Assembly (NCBI GenBank): GCA_902571425.1
Contig: CACGBZ010000003.1
Location: forward strand, 13,091 to 77,090
DNA: 64,000 nt
Reading direction: 5' to 3'
From: an uncultured Pelagibacteraceae bacterium
Lineage (GTDB): Bacteria > Pseudomonadota > Alphaproteobacteria > Pelagibacterales > Pelagibacteraceae
The position numbers and the translations under genes were made by a program. This document shows positions 1 through 10,203 of the stretch, one piece after another. The notes beneath the pieces are model-generated. The model was given only the letters and a program-made list of their open reading frames with translations. It had not been told where the DNA came from and made no database searches. The first letter of the stretch is position 1. Each line of letters begins with the position of its first letter.

Positions 1-635
1 TCCACTTGATGAAACATTGGAGCATGTGTTTGGTCACTATCAGATCTGTAAGTTCTCCCAGGAGCAATGATCTTAAATGGAGGTTTGTCTTTTTGCATAG
101 TTCTAATTTGAACTGGTGAAGTATGAGTTCTTAATAAAAACTCTTTGTTTTCATCCAAGTAAAATGTATCATGCATATCTCTTGCTGGATGATTGTCGGG
201 TGTATTTAAAGCAGTAAAGTTGTTATGTTCATTTTCAACATCAGGGCCTTCCTCAACACTAAATCCTATTTCAGAGAAAATGGATGAAATTTCATCAATG
301 GTTTGCGATACTGGATGAACTTTTCCTCTAACGAATGGTCTCTCAGGTAAAGTAATATCAACTTTTTCCTTTTCTAATTTTTCGTTTATTTTTTTTCCCT
401 CTATCTTACTAATTTTAGAAGTTATCAACTTCTGAAGTTCGTCTTTAATTAGATTTAAATCTGATGCAAATTTTTTTCTATCAGTCTCTGGAATCGACCC
501 TATTGTTTTAAATTTTAATGAAATTAAACCATTTTTACCAAAGAGTTTGGTTTTAATTTCATTTATTTGATCAATGCTCAAATCATTTTCAAGCTTTGAT
601 ATAAACTGATCTCTAATATTTTTTATCTCTGACAT
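1..635 (-). CDS. pheS: Phenylalanine--tRNA ligase alpha subunit, N-terminal ~211 codons (gene runs off the left edge)
   Basis: Not on the ORF track because there is no stop in the window. The reverse strand is open from ATG at 633-635 to position 1: [36 protein letters not shown]...[12 protein letters not shown]...[14 protein letters not shown]...[20 protein letters not shown] (PheS motifs). Follows rplT as in the conserved infC-rpmI-rplT-pheS cluster. Confidence 0.85.
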   Translation of the reverse strand, partial: MSEIKNIRDQFISKLENDLSIDQINEIKTKLFGKNGLISLKFKTIGSIPETDRKKFASDLNLIKDELQKLITSKISKIEGKKINEKLEKEKVDITLPERPFVRGKVHPVSQTIDEISSIFSEIGFSVEEGPDVENEHNNFTALNTPDNHPARDMHDTFYLDENKEFLLRTHTSPVQIRTMQKDKPPFKIIAPGRTYRSDSDQTHAPMFHQV

Positions 636-678
636 ATTAGTAGATTATTTCCTTAAGAAATAAAAACAATAGCGAAGA

Positions 679-1035
679 TTAATTTAAAGCTGATTGAGCT
701 TTTTGTACAATTGTTTTGAATGCTTCAGGGCTGTCGTATGCAATTTCAGCAAGAATTTTTCTATCTATTGCAATACCACATTTATTTAATCCATTGATAA
801 ATTTTGAATAAGTTAAGCCTTCAGCTCTAACTCCAGCATTGATTCTTTGTATCCACAATGATTTAAAATCTCTTTTTTTATTTCTTCTGTCTCTGTAAGC
901 ATATTGCATGGATTTTTCCATGGCTTGTTTTGCAACTCTAATAGTATTTTTTCTTCTGCCCCATTGACCTTTTACAGCTTTTAAAACTTTTTTGTGTTTA
1001 GCTTTACTAGTAACACCTCTTTTAACTCTTGCCAT
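679..1035 (-). CDS. rplT: 50S ribosomal protein L20
   Basis: [30 protein letters not shown]...[24 protein letters not shown] is a typical bL20 sequence, in the conserved position after rpmI. Confidence 0.97.
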   Translation of the reverse strand: MARVKRGVTSKAKHKKVLKAVKGQWGRRKNTIRVAKQAMEKSMQYAYRDRRNKKRDFKSLWIQRINAGVRAEGLTYSKFINGLNKCGIAIDRKILAEIAYDSPEAFKTIVQKAQSALN

Positions 1036-1037
1036 TG

Positions 1038-1244
1038 TTAACCTCTTAAACTGTAAGGCATGTACGACTTAACAATTTTTCCATCTTGTTTAGACAATGT
1101 TGTGGTGCCTCTTAGTTTTCTTATTTGTGAATTCGTTCTTTTTATCATGCCATGTCTTTTGCCTGCTTGGGCAGAAATAACCTTACCCTTAGCAGATATT
1201 TTGAATCTTTTTTTTGCTGAGCTTTTTGTTTTTAATTTTGGCAT
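1038..1244 (-). CDS. rpmI: 50S ribosomal protein L35
   Basis: [22 protein letters not shown]...; 68 aa basic protein lying between infC and rplT. Confidence 0.95.
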   Translation of the reverse strand: MPKLKTKSSAKKRFKISAKGKVISAQAGKRHGMIKRTNSQIRKLRGTTTLSKQDGKIVKSYMPYSLRG

Positions 1245-1297
1245 AATTCTGCGGTCTTATACAAAGAAAGATAAAATTTTACAACCTCTATTAAGGC

Positions 1298-1843
1298 TCA
1301 TAAAGGCTGAATTACCATGATCATTTGCTTCCCGTCAAACTTAGGATGCAATTCTACCTTACCGATATCCTTCATGTCTTCTTTAATTTTGCCCATTAGT
1401 TCATTTCCTAGATGAGAATGCTGAAGTTCTCTACCTTTAAATCTTATAGTGAATTTGACCTTATCCCCTTTGGCTATAAATTTTTTAGCATTTTTAACTT
1501 TAAACTCATAATCATGAGTCTCAGTAACAGGTCTCATTTTAATTTCTTTTAAAGAAACAATTTTTTGTTTTTTCTTTGCAAGATTTGCTTTTTTTTGGGC
1601 ATCATATTTATATTTACCCATATCCATTATTTTACATACAGGAGGTTTTGCATTGGGTGCTATTTCAATTAAATCTAAACCTTGATTTTTTGCCATGGAA
1701 ATAGCTTCATTGGTATTCATCACTCCAAGATTTTCTCCATTGCTTGCTATAACTTGTACATCGGGAGAAGAAATTCTATTATTTGATCTTGGACCTCTGT
1801 CCTTAGTTCTTCTTTGAAAATAATTTTCTTTGAAGACTGCCAC
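1298..1843 (-). CDS. infC: Translation initiation factor IF-3
   Basis: IF3 N- and C-domain sequence (..SPDVQVIASNGENLGVM.., ..PPVCKIMDMGKYKY.., ..IKMRPVTETHDYEFK..). The only plausible start is GTG at 1841-1843, which directly follows the thrS TAA in the same frame. Confidence 0.93.
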   Translation of the reverse strand: MAVFKENYFQRRTKDRGPRSNNRISSPDVQVIASNGENLGVMNTNEAISMAKNQGLDLIEIAPNAKPPVCKIMDMGKYKYDAQKKANLAKKKQKIVSLKEIKMRPVTETHDYEFKVKNAKKFIAKGDKVKFTIRFKGRELQHSHLGNELMGKIKEDMKDIGKVELHPKFDGKQMIMVIQPL

Positions 1844-3760
1844 TTAGTTTGAAGATGCTTTGTTTAAAGCAGAGAATGTTTTTAAGAATTGATCTATACC
1901 CATATTTTCTTGTTTATTAGAGTCTAATCTTCTAATAGTTACTGAATTGGAGTCAACTTCTTTTTTACCACAAATTAATAAAAGTGGTATTTTTGCCAAA
2001 GAATGATCTCTAATTTTGTAATTTAAATTATGATTTTTTAAATCTACTGTAGAACTTATACCTGAATTTTTAATTTTATTTGATACCTCAACTGCATAGT
2101 CATTAAATTCTTCTGAAATAGGTATTACCATAGTTTGTAAAGGAGATATCCAAAATGGGAACTTGCCTGCATAGTTTTCAATTAAAATTCCAATAAATCT
2201 CTCTAGAGATCCAAATAATGCTCTGTGTAACATAACTGGAACTTTTTTAGTTCCATCTTTGTCAACATAAGAAGCATCTAATCTTCCAGGTAAATTTAAA
2301 TCTACTTGCAAGGTTCCACATTGCCAATCTCTGCCAATAGCATCTCGTAAAACAAATTCAATTTTAGGACCATAAAATGCTCCTTCACCTTTATTAATAG
2401 TATATTCTAATTTAGAAGCTTTAACAGCTTCAAGCAAAGAGGCTTCTGCCTTATCCCATACTGAATCATCTCCAACCCTTACTTCTGGCCTATCAGCATA
2501 TTTTAGAACCACATTTTCAAAACCAAGGTCCTTATAAATATCTAGTATTAAATTTGTAACAATTAAACATTCACTAGTAATTTGATCTTCAGTACAAAAA
2601 ATATGGGCATCATCTTGAGTAAATGCTCGTACTCTTAATAAGCCATGTAAAGCGCCTGAAGGCTCATAACGATGAACTTTTCCAAATTCAGCAAAACGTA
2701 AAGGAAGATCTCTGTAACTTTTTAGGCCTTGATTAAATACCTGAATGTGACCTGGGCAATTCATCGGTTTAATTGCAAAAACTTTCTCATCTGGTGTTTC
2801 AGACGTATACATATTTTCTCCATATTTTTCCCAATGACCTGATTTTTCCCATAATTGTCTATCCAACACCTCTGGAGTATTTACCTCTTTATAACCAGCA
2901 GCGTCTTGTCTGCTCCTCATGTAGTTAATGAGCTTTTGAAATAAACTCCATCCTCTTTCATGCCAAAATACTGAGCCAGGACTTTCTTCTCTAAAATGAA
3001 ATAAATCCATTTCTCTACCTAATTTTCTATGATCTCTTTTTTCCGCTTCTTCTATTCTTTTTAAATAATCATCCAGATCTTTTTGAGTTGCCCAACTAGT
3101 ACCATATATTCGTTGCAACATTTCATTATTAGAGTCTCCTCTCCAATATGCTCCTGATACTTTTGTGAGTTTAAAATATTTTCCGATTTTACCTGTGGAA
3201 GAGAGATGTGGACCTCTACATAAATCATGCCATTCTCCATGAAAATAAATTGATACATCTTCGTTTTCAGGTATTGCTTCAATCAACTCAGCTTTATAAA
3301 TTTCTCCTTTTTTTTTAAAATGACTAATTGCTTTGTTTCTATCCCAAACTTCTCTTTTTGTTATTTCATTCCTATCAACAATCTCTTTCATTTTATTTTC
3401 AATTTTTACTAGGTCATCCTCAGTGAATGGTTCTTTTCTAGCAAAGTCGTAATAAAATCCATTTTCTATCACGGGTCCAATTGTAACTTGGGTACCAGGA
3501 AACAGTTCTTGAACAGCCATAGCTAATATATGAGCTGTGTCATGCCTTATAGTTTCCAAGCCCTCAGGATTTTTTGAGGTAAAAATTTTTACAGAACAAT
3601 CATTTTCAATTAGGAAATCAAGATCTTTAAGCTCTCCATCAACACTTATGACCATAGCTTGTTTAGCTAATGATTTACTAATTTTTTCAGCCACTTCAAG
3701 TCCAGTGACTTTATTAGGAAAATCAATATTGTTTCCGTCAGGTAATGTTATTATAGGCAT
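1844..3760 (-). CDS. thrS: Threonine--tRNA ligase
   Basis: 638 aa with a TGS domain at the N-terminus and a class II core (..RHDTAHILAMAV.., ..FWHERGW.., ..MNCPGHIQVF.., ..RVRAFTQDDAHIFC..). Confidence 0.97.
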   Translation of the reverse strand: MPIITLPDGNNIDFPNKVTGLEVAEKISKSLAKQAMVISVDGELKDLDFLIENDCSVKIFTSKNPEGLETIRHDTAHILAMAVQELFPGTQVTIGPVIENGFYYDFARKEPFTEDDLVKIENKMKEIVDRNEITKREVWDRNKAISHFKKKGEIYKAELIEAIPENEDVSIYFHGEWHDLCRGPHLSSTGKIGKYFKLTKVSGAYWRGDSNNEMLQRIYGTSWATQKDLDDYLKRIEEAEKRDHRKLGREMDLFHFREESPGSVFWHERGWSLFQKLINYMRSRQDAAGYKEVNTPEVLDRQLWEKSGHWEKYGENMYTSETPDEKVFAIKPMNCPGHIQVFNQGLKSYRDLPLRFAEFGKVHRYEPSGALHGLLRVRAFTQDDAHIFCTEDQITSECLIVTNLILDIYKDLGFENVVLKYADRPEVRVGDDSVWDKAEASLLEAVKASKLEYTINKGEGAFYGPKIEFVLRDAIGRDWQCGTLQVDLNLPGRLDASYVDKDGTKKVPVMLHRALFGSLERFIGILIENYAGKFPFWISPLQTMVIPISEEFNDYAVEVSNKIKNSGISSTVDLKNHNLNYKIRDHSLAKIPLLLICGKKEVDSNSVTIRRLDSNKQENMGIDQFLKTFSALNKASSN

Positions 3761-4915
3761 TTAATTTAACAATCTCTTATACTCTGAATAAGTAGAAAAG
3801 CACATTTTTTCAACATTAAATTTTTGAACTATGTTTTTTCTACCCTGATTACCAATTGATTTTAATAGAGTTTCATCCATGTTAAGAGTTTTTAATATTT
3901 TATCACTTAATGATTTAGCATTTCCTGCTTCGTATAAAAAACCAGTTTTTTTATCAATTATTGTTTCATTAGAACCTCCAATGTTACTTGCTATAATTGG
4001 TTTTTCCATCGATTGTGCCTCAACAGCAACTCTACCAAAAGCCTCTGGTTCGGTTGAGGCTGAAACAATAATATCAGAAACTTTATAAGCTAATGCCATA
4101 TCCTTACAATGATCTATGAATCTTATTTGTTTAGACAATCTGTATTGCTCTGAAAGTCTTATTAATTTTTTCTTATATAAATCCCTACCTTGATCACTAC
4201 CTAGAATGACAGCATAAAATGCTTCATAACCCAGTTCTATGTTCACTAAATTAATTGCCTCTATAAAAACTTCCTGTCCTTTCCAGAAAGTTAATCTACC
4301 AGGTAAAAGTATAATTTTTTTATCTTTTTCAATGTCCCATTTTTTTAATAATTTTTTTTCATCAATTTCAATTTTAGTTGTTGGGTCAAAGTAGTCGACA
4401 TTTATTCCTCTAAAAATAACCATTAATTTTTTTTTCTCATTTAAATATTTTGAATAATTTTTTTTAATATGGGAAAAAATAAAATTAGATCCTGCAATTA
4501 TTAAATCTGCTCTAGTCATTACTGAATTATAAATTTTTTTTATATTACTCTTAAAATTGTATGTTCCATGAAATGTAGTTACAAATTTTCGTCCTGTGAT
4601 TTTTGTTGCTAACAAACATGACCAAGCAGGTGCTCTACTTCTCGCGTGAACAAGAGAAATATTATAAACTAAAATTATTCCAATTAAGATAAAAGCATTA
4701 ATTAAAATTAGTAGAGGATTTTTGCTTTGCACTGGAAGTCTAAATATTTTAACTTTTTTTCTGTCTACAAATTTAAGCAATTCACCGCCGCTTGTTACAA
4801 TAAATGATTTACAATTATTTTCTGGTAAATAATGTGCAATATCATAACAACCTGTTTCAGCTCCTCCATAACCTAATTTTGGAATTACTTGTAAAACTTT
4901 TAAATCAGATGACAT
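3761..4915 (-). CDS. Glycosyltransferase, family 4 (GT-B fold)
   Basis: The C-terminal half has the GT4 signature ..STEPEAFGRVAVEAQSMEKPIIASNIGGSNETI... The substrate is unknown. Its stop abuts the thrS start. Confidence 0.8.
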   Translation of the reverse strand: MSSDLKVLQVIPKLGYGGAETGCYDIAHYLPENNCKSFIVTSGGELLKFVDRKKVKIFRLPVQSKNPLLILINAFILIGIILVYNISLVHARSRAPAWSCLLATKITGRKFVTTFHGTYNFKSNIKKIYNSVMTRADLIIAGSNFIFSHIKKNYSKYLNEKKKLMVIFRGINVDYFDPTTKIEIDEKKLLKKWDIEKDKKIILLPGRLTFWKGQEVFIEAINLVNIELGYEAFYAVILGSDQGRDLYKKKLIRLSEQYRLSKQIRFIDHCKDMALAYKVSDIIVSASTEPEAFGRVAVEAQSMEKPIIASNIGGSNETIIDKKTGFLYEAGNAKSLSDKILKTLNMDETLLKSIGNQGRKNIVQKFNVEKMCFSTYSEYKRLLN

Positions 4916-4951
4916 TTGATATGATTATATATTAATAGACAAAACTTATAA

Positions 4952-5701
4952 ATGATTATGGCAAATTTCAGATTTCACCAAATATCAAATACAAAGAAAA
5001 TTAGATATATTTCCAAAATTTTTAAAAATAGTTCTTTTATTGTTTTTTTGCATGGCTTTATGTCAGATCTTGAAGGAAAAAAACCAAATGCTTTTTTGAA
5101 ATTTGCTAAAAAAAATAAAGTAAGTTTTTTAGCACTAGAATACTCTGGTCATGGAAAATCTTCTGGTAAATTTGTAAATGGAAATATTTCAAAATGGAGT
5201 AAAGAGACGTCAATTTTAATTAGAAAATACGTTAAAAAAAAAGAAATTGTGCTAATTGGTTCAAGTATGGGCGCATGGATTTCGCTCAATCAATTCAAAA
5301 TTTTCAAAAAACAGATTAAAGGATTTTTAGGAATAGGGGCTGCTCCTGAATTTTTAGAAAATTTAATGTGGAAAAAATTTACTAAAAAAATGAAAGAGGA
5401 AACAATAACTAAAGGTATTTATCAGTTAAAACATGGCAATTATGAATATCCAATTACTCTACAATTAATAAAAGATGGAAGAAAAAACAAAGTCTTAAAT
5501 AAAAAAATTAATTCAAATATTAAAGTAACAATGGTTCATGGTGAAAAAGATGAGGCAGTTCCTGTCTCATATTCAAGAAAAGTTTTAAGATTATTTCCAA
5601 AAGCTAAGAAGAAATTAAATATTGTAAAAAAAGGTGATCACAGTTTATCAAATAAAAAATGGTTAAATATAATTTTAAAAGAGCTTAAATTATTAATTTA
5701 G
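4952..5701 (+). CDS. Alpha/beta-fold hydrolase (function unknown)
   Basis: Nucleophile elbow GSSMGAW, HG oxyanion motif (FLHGFMSD), C-terminal GDH. The start could be ATG 4952 or 4958. Confidence 0.7.
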   Translation: MIMANFRFHQISNTKKIRYISKIFKNSSFIVFLHGFMSDLEGKKPNAFLKFAKKNKVSFLALEYSGHGKSSGKFVNGNISKWSKETSILIRKYVKKKEIVLIGSSMGAWISLNQFKIFKKQIKGFLGIGAAPEFLENLMWKKFTKKMKEETITKGIYQLKHGNYEYPITLQLIKDGRKNKVLNKKINSNIKVTMVHGEKDEAVPVSYSRKVLRLFPKAKKKLNIVKKGDHSLSNKKWLNIILKELKLLI

Positions 5702-8700
5702 CTAACTTTTTTTATATCTTTTTTTAAAGTAATTGGATTTTTTAATTTATCCAACATTTCTTTAGGACACACCTGAACAAAATTATTTACTTCATTATCA
5801 AAGTTTTCAATTATTTTTTTTGATAATTGAGACTCAGTTTCTTTAAAGTGCTCACTGACTAAATTTTTTAAATATTCTTTCCAATAATCTGTCTCTACAT
5901 TTTGCCAAACTACTGATTCTGGATTTACTTTCTTTTCAAATTGTTGAGATTTATCATATATAAAGGCCATTCCACCTGTCATACCAGCTGCAAAATTATC
6001 ACCAACATCTCCTAAAATTACTACAGTTCCACCAGTCATATATTCACATCCATTAGAATCGCATCCTTCAATTACTGTAACTGCTCCAGAATTTCTAACT
6101 GAAAATCTTTCACCAGCTTGGCCAGCAGCAAAAAGTTTTCCTGAAGTAGCTCCATAAAGAACAGTATTTCCTAAAATTGTATTCTCATTTGAAACTAAAT
6201 TGCTCTCTTCAGGTAATTTTATTGAAATAGTAGCTCCTGACAAACCTTTACCAACATAATCATTTGCATCTCCCTTTAATACAAGTTTTAAACCTTTAGA
6301 AGAAAATGCACCAAATGATTGACCTGCTGATCCTTTAAAATTTAAAACTAAAAAGTTTTCATCAAGTTTTTCATAACCATATTTTTTATACAAATGATGA
6401 GAAATTCTAGTACCTACTGCCCTGTGAGTATTTTTTATTTGATATTCTTTCTCAATTTTTTCAGAATTATCCAAAGCTTGTTCAATTTCTGGCCAAATTT
6501 GTTGGTCAAGTGTGTCTGGTACACTATTTATTTCTTGATCCTCACAATACCTTGGATTATTTCCAGTATCAGCTTGAACAAATAAAGGATTTAAATCTAA
6601 ATCGTCTAAATTTGGAGAACCTTTACTAACCTGTTTTAACAAGTCTGTCCTACCAATCACTTCATTTAATGATTTAAAACCTAAATTTGCTAATATTTCT
6701 CTTACTTCACTGGCTATAAATGTAAACAAATTAACTACTTTTTCTGGAGTCCCAGTAAATTTTTCTCTTAGCTTTTCATCTTGAGTGCAAACGCCTACAG
6801 GACATGTATTTGAATGACACTGCCTTACCATTATACAACCCATTGCAACTAAAGCTGTAGTAGCAACACCGTATTCTTCAGCACCCATCATTGCAGCTAT
6901 AACCACATCTCTTCCGGTTTTAATTCCACCGTCTGTTCTTAATGTAACTTTATGTCTAAGATTATTTAAAGTTAATACCTGGTTTGCTTCCGTCAAACCC
7001 ATTTCCCATGGTATTCCAACATACTTCACACTAGTCTGTGGTGTTGCTCCTGTTCCGCCATTATGTCCAGAAATTAATATTATATCCGCTTTTGCTTTAG
7101 CTACACCAGCTGCAATTGTTCCTACTCCAGAGGAAGCAACAAGCTTAACTCCAATTCTTGCTTTAGGATTTATCTGTTTTAAATCATAAATTAGTTGTGC
7201 AAGATCTTCGATTGAATAAATATCATGATGTGGTGGTGGTGATATTAAAGTAACTCCAGGAGTTGAATGTCTAAGTTTAGCAATCTCCTCTGTAACTTTA
7301 AATCCTGGTAGCTGACCTCCCTCACCAGGCTTAGCGCCTTGTGCAATTTTAATTTCTATCTCATTACAATTATTAAGATAATTAACTGTAACTCCGAATC
7401 TTGCAGAAGCTATTTGTTTTACTCTTGAGTTTGCGCTGTCACCATTGTCTAAAACTTTAAATCTACTTGCATCTTCACCGCCCTCTCCACTACATGAAGC
7501 ACCTTTAATCCTATTCATACCAGTTGCCAAAGTTTCATGCGCCTCTTTTGATAAAGCTCCATGAGACATGCTCCCACTTCCAAATCTTTTTAAAATATTT
7601 TCTATTGGCTCAACCTCAGAAATATCTATTGGCCCACTTAATTTTTTTTCTCTGAAATCAATTAAGTCTCTAAGATTAATAGGTGGTAAGTTGTATATTC
7701 CATCCGCATATCTTTTATAGGCATCATAAGAATTAGATCCTACTGCACTTTGAAGTAAATGAATTAATTTTCCTTGATATTGATGAGTTTCACCATTTTT
7801 ACGATATCTATATATACCACCTATCGGCAATATGGTTTCAGAACTTTCAAATGCCTCTTTATGAATTTCTCTAATTTTTTTCTCTATACCCGTAAGTCCA
7901 ATACCTGAAATTTTAGAGACAACTCCTGGAAAATAATCTGCAACAATTGTTCTACTTAAACCTACGGTTTCAAAGTTACATCCACCTCTATAAGAACTTA
8001 GAACTGAAATACCCATCTTAGACATGATCTTTAATAATCCTGCGTTTACTGATTTTATGTATCTCTCTACACACTCATCAAAGCTAAATTGACCAAATAA
8101 TTTCTTTTCATAGCGCTGAAATAAACTATCAAATGCTAAGTATGGATTTACAGTAGTTGCTCCAACCCCAATTAAGGTTGCAAAAGAGTGAGTATCTAAA
8201 GCCTCTCCAGATTGAACATTTATTGATACATATCCTCTTAGTTTTTTTTCAATAAGGAATGAATTAATTGATCCAACTGCTAAAAGCATTGGTATTGGAA
8301 TTTTAAAGCTAGAAAGCTCTTTGTCACTTAAAATCAATTGAGTAACTCCCTGTCTTACTGCAATTTCAGCTTCTTTTTGAATTTTTTTAATTGAATTAAA
8401 TAAAGTTTCTTCCTCAGAAAAAGTACAATCAATTATAGATGAATTGTTACCAAAAAAATTTATAAATTTTTCAAACTGAGAATTTGATAATATTGGACTA
8501 TTTAAAACATAAATATTTTGCTTTGTTAAATTATCAAAATTTAAAATATTTCCAAGATTTCCAAATCTTGTTTTCAAACTCATAACCTTGTTTTCTCTTA
8601 AAGAGTCTATTGGTGGGTTTGTGACTTGACTAAAATTTTGTCTAAAAAAATGGTACAACGGTCTATACCTATCTGACAAAACAGCCAATGGTGTATCGTC

Positions 8701-10203
8701 CCCCATAGATCCAGTTGCTTCTTTAGCATCTTCTGCCATAGGATGCAGTATGAGCTCAAGATCTTCTAGACTTATTCCAAAAGTATATTGCCTTCTTCTT
8801 AAATCATCTCCCGAAAAAGAATTTTTTTCATCTGAAATAGTTAACTTATCATCTAGGTCGATAATTTGTGAATTAAAGTGTTTATACTCTTTGGCTAAAT
8901 AATCTTTTATTTGCTTGTTTGTAAATACTTTACCTTTTTCTATTCTAACTCCAATTATTTCCCCGGGACCCAATCTTCCCTTTGACAAAATTCTTTTTTC
9001 ATTTAATTCAATCATTCCTGTTTCAGAACCTGCAAATAATAAATTATCTTTTGTAATTGCGTATCTTAAAGGTCTTAATCCATTTCTATCATTTGCAGCT
9101 ATAACCCACTCATTGTCAGTTCCAGCAATAGCAGCTGGTCCATCCCATGGCTCCATTGTACTGTTCAAAAAATTAAATAATTGTTGGTGATCTTTTGGTA
9201 GAGTTTTATTTTTTTTAGACCATGCGTCTGGAACTAACATAAGCTTAGCCAAAGGCGCAGGCTGGCCAGATATATTTAATAATTCAAAAACATTGTCTAA
9301 TGCAGCAGAGTCTGATGCTCCCTGTTGTATAACAGGTTTTAAGTTCTCAACATCGTCAAAAAGGGGACTGTTCATCTCTTGTTCATGAACTTTCATCCAA
9401 TTTTTATTTCCTCTATAAGTATTAATTTCTCCATTATGCGCTATAGCTCTAAAGGGTTGAGCTAAATTCCAGCTAGGCGCTGTATTTGTTGAAAATCTTT
9501 GATGAAAAATAGCAAACCTTGAAACAAATCTCTCATCTTTTAAATCAAGGTAGAAATCTGAGATAGCTTCAGCTAAAAACATCCCCTTGTAAATGATAGA
9601 TTTAGAACTCAATGAACAAATATAAAAATTGTTTAAAGATTTTTTAAAAGCTTCATTTTCTATCTTTCTTCTAGTTTCATAAATTTTTCTTTCTAAATCT
9701 TTATTTGTTAATTCTGGATTATAAGGTTTAAACAATACTTGGATAATTTCAGGCATTGTTTGGAATGCCTTTTCTCCTAAAACTTTTGGATTAACTGGAA
9801 CTTGTCTCCAACCGTAAATGCTAAAATCATTTTTTGTTAATTCACTTTCTACAATAGTTTTGCAACTTTCTTGTGCTGCATAATCATTCCGAGGCAGAAA
9901 TATCATACCCACACATATTTCAGAATTGTCATGTGTGTGTCCTGTCACTTCTATCTTTTCAATGAAGAAATCTTTTGGTATTTCAACATGAATTCCAGCT
10001 CCGTCTCCAGTTTTCCCATCGGCATCTACAGCGCCTCTATGCCAAACTGCTTTTAATGCTTCAATACCATACTCTACAACTTTACGAGATTTTTTACCTT
10101 CAGTTGATGCAATTATACCAACACCACAGGCATCATGCTCCATGTCTTCTGAATAAACATTATTTTCTTTTAAAAGGTGAAGGTTTTTTTTATAATTTTC
10201 CAT
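5698..10203 (-). CDS. gltB: Glutamate synthase large subunit
   Basis: 1501 aa. Ntn amidotransferase Cys after a short propeptide (..EHDACGVGIIAS..), FMN/3Fe-4S central domain, C-terminal GXGXG domain. Confidence 0.97.
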   Translation of the reverse strand: MENYKKNLHLLKENNVYSEDMEHDACGVGIIASTEGKKSRKVVEYGIEALKAVWHRGAVDADGKTGDGAGIHVEIPKDFFIEKIEVTGHTHDNSEICVGMIFLPRNDYAAQESCKTIVESELTKNDFSIYGWRQVPVNPKVLGEKAFQTMPEIIQVLFKPYNPELTNKDLERKIYETRRKIENEAFKKSLNNFYICSLSSKSIIYKGMFLAEAISDFYLDLKDERFVSRFAIFHQRFSTNTAPSWNLAQPFRAIAHNGEINTYRGNKNWMKVHEQEMNSPLFDDVENLKPVIQQGASDSAALDNVFELLNISGQPAPLAKLMLVPDAWSKKNKTLPKDHQQLFNFLNSTMEPWDGPAAIAGTDNEWVIAANDRNGLRPLRYAITKDNLLFAGSETGMIELNEKRILSKGRLGPGEIIGVRIEKGKVFTNKQIKDYLAKEYKHFNSQIIDLDDKLTISDEKNSFSGDDLRRRQYTFGISLEDLELILHPMAEDAKEATGSMGDDTPLAVLSDRYRPLYHFFRQNFSQVTNPPIDSLRENKVMSLKTRFGNLGNILNFDNLTKQNIYVLNSPILSNSQFEKFINFFGNNSSIIDCTFSEEETLFNSIKKIQKEAEIAVRQGVTQLILSDKELSSFKIPIPMLLAVGSINSFLIEKKLRGYVSINVQSGEALDTHSFATLIGVGATTVNPYLAFDSLFQRYEKKLFGQFSFDECVERYIKSVNAGLLKIMSKMGISVLSSYRGGCNFETVGLSRTIVADYFPGVVSKISGIGLTGIEKKIREIHKEAFESSETILPIGGIYRYRKNGETHQYQGKLIHLLQSAVGSNSYDAYKRYADGIYNLPPINLRDLIDFREKKLSGPIDISEVEPIENILKRFGSGSMSHGALSKEAHETLATGMNRIKGASCSGEGGEDASRFKVLDNGDSANSRVKQIASARFGVTVNYLNNCNEIEIKIAQGAKPGEGGQLPGFKVTEEIAKLRHSTPGVTLISPPPHHDIYSIEDLAQLIYDLKQINPKARIGVKLVASSGVGTIAAGVAKAKADIILISGHNGGTGATPQTSVKYVGIPWEMGLTEANQVLTLNNLRHKVTLRTDGGIKTGRDVVIAAMMGAEEYGVATTALVAMGCIMVRQCHSNTCPVGVCTQDEKLREKFTGTPEKVVNLFTFIASEVREILANLGFKSLNEVIGRTDLLKQVSKGSPNLDDLDLNPLFVQADTGNNPRYCEDQEINSVPDTLDQQIWPEIEQALDNSEKIEKEYQIKNTHRAVGTRISHHLYKKYGYEKLDENFLVLNFKGSAGQSFGAFSSKGLKLVLKGDANDYVGKGLSGATISIKLPEESNLVSNENTILGNTVLYGATSGKLFAAGQAGERFSVRNSGAVTVIEGCDSNGCEYMTGGTVVILGDVGDNFAAGMTGGMAFIYDKSQQFEKKVNPESVVWQNVETDYWKEYLKNLVSEHFKETESQLSKKIIENFDNEVNNFVQVCPKEMLDKLKNPITLKKDIKKVS

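Noticed and set aside
1245-1297. An L20-binding autoregulatory leader upstream of rpmI-rplT.
   Set aside because: The spacer is only 53 nt, and I could not find a convincing stem or pseudoknot by eye. This cannot be assessed without folding or covariance tools.
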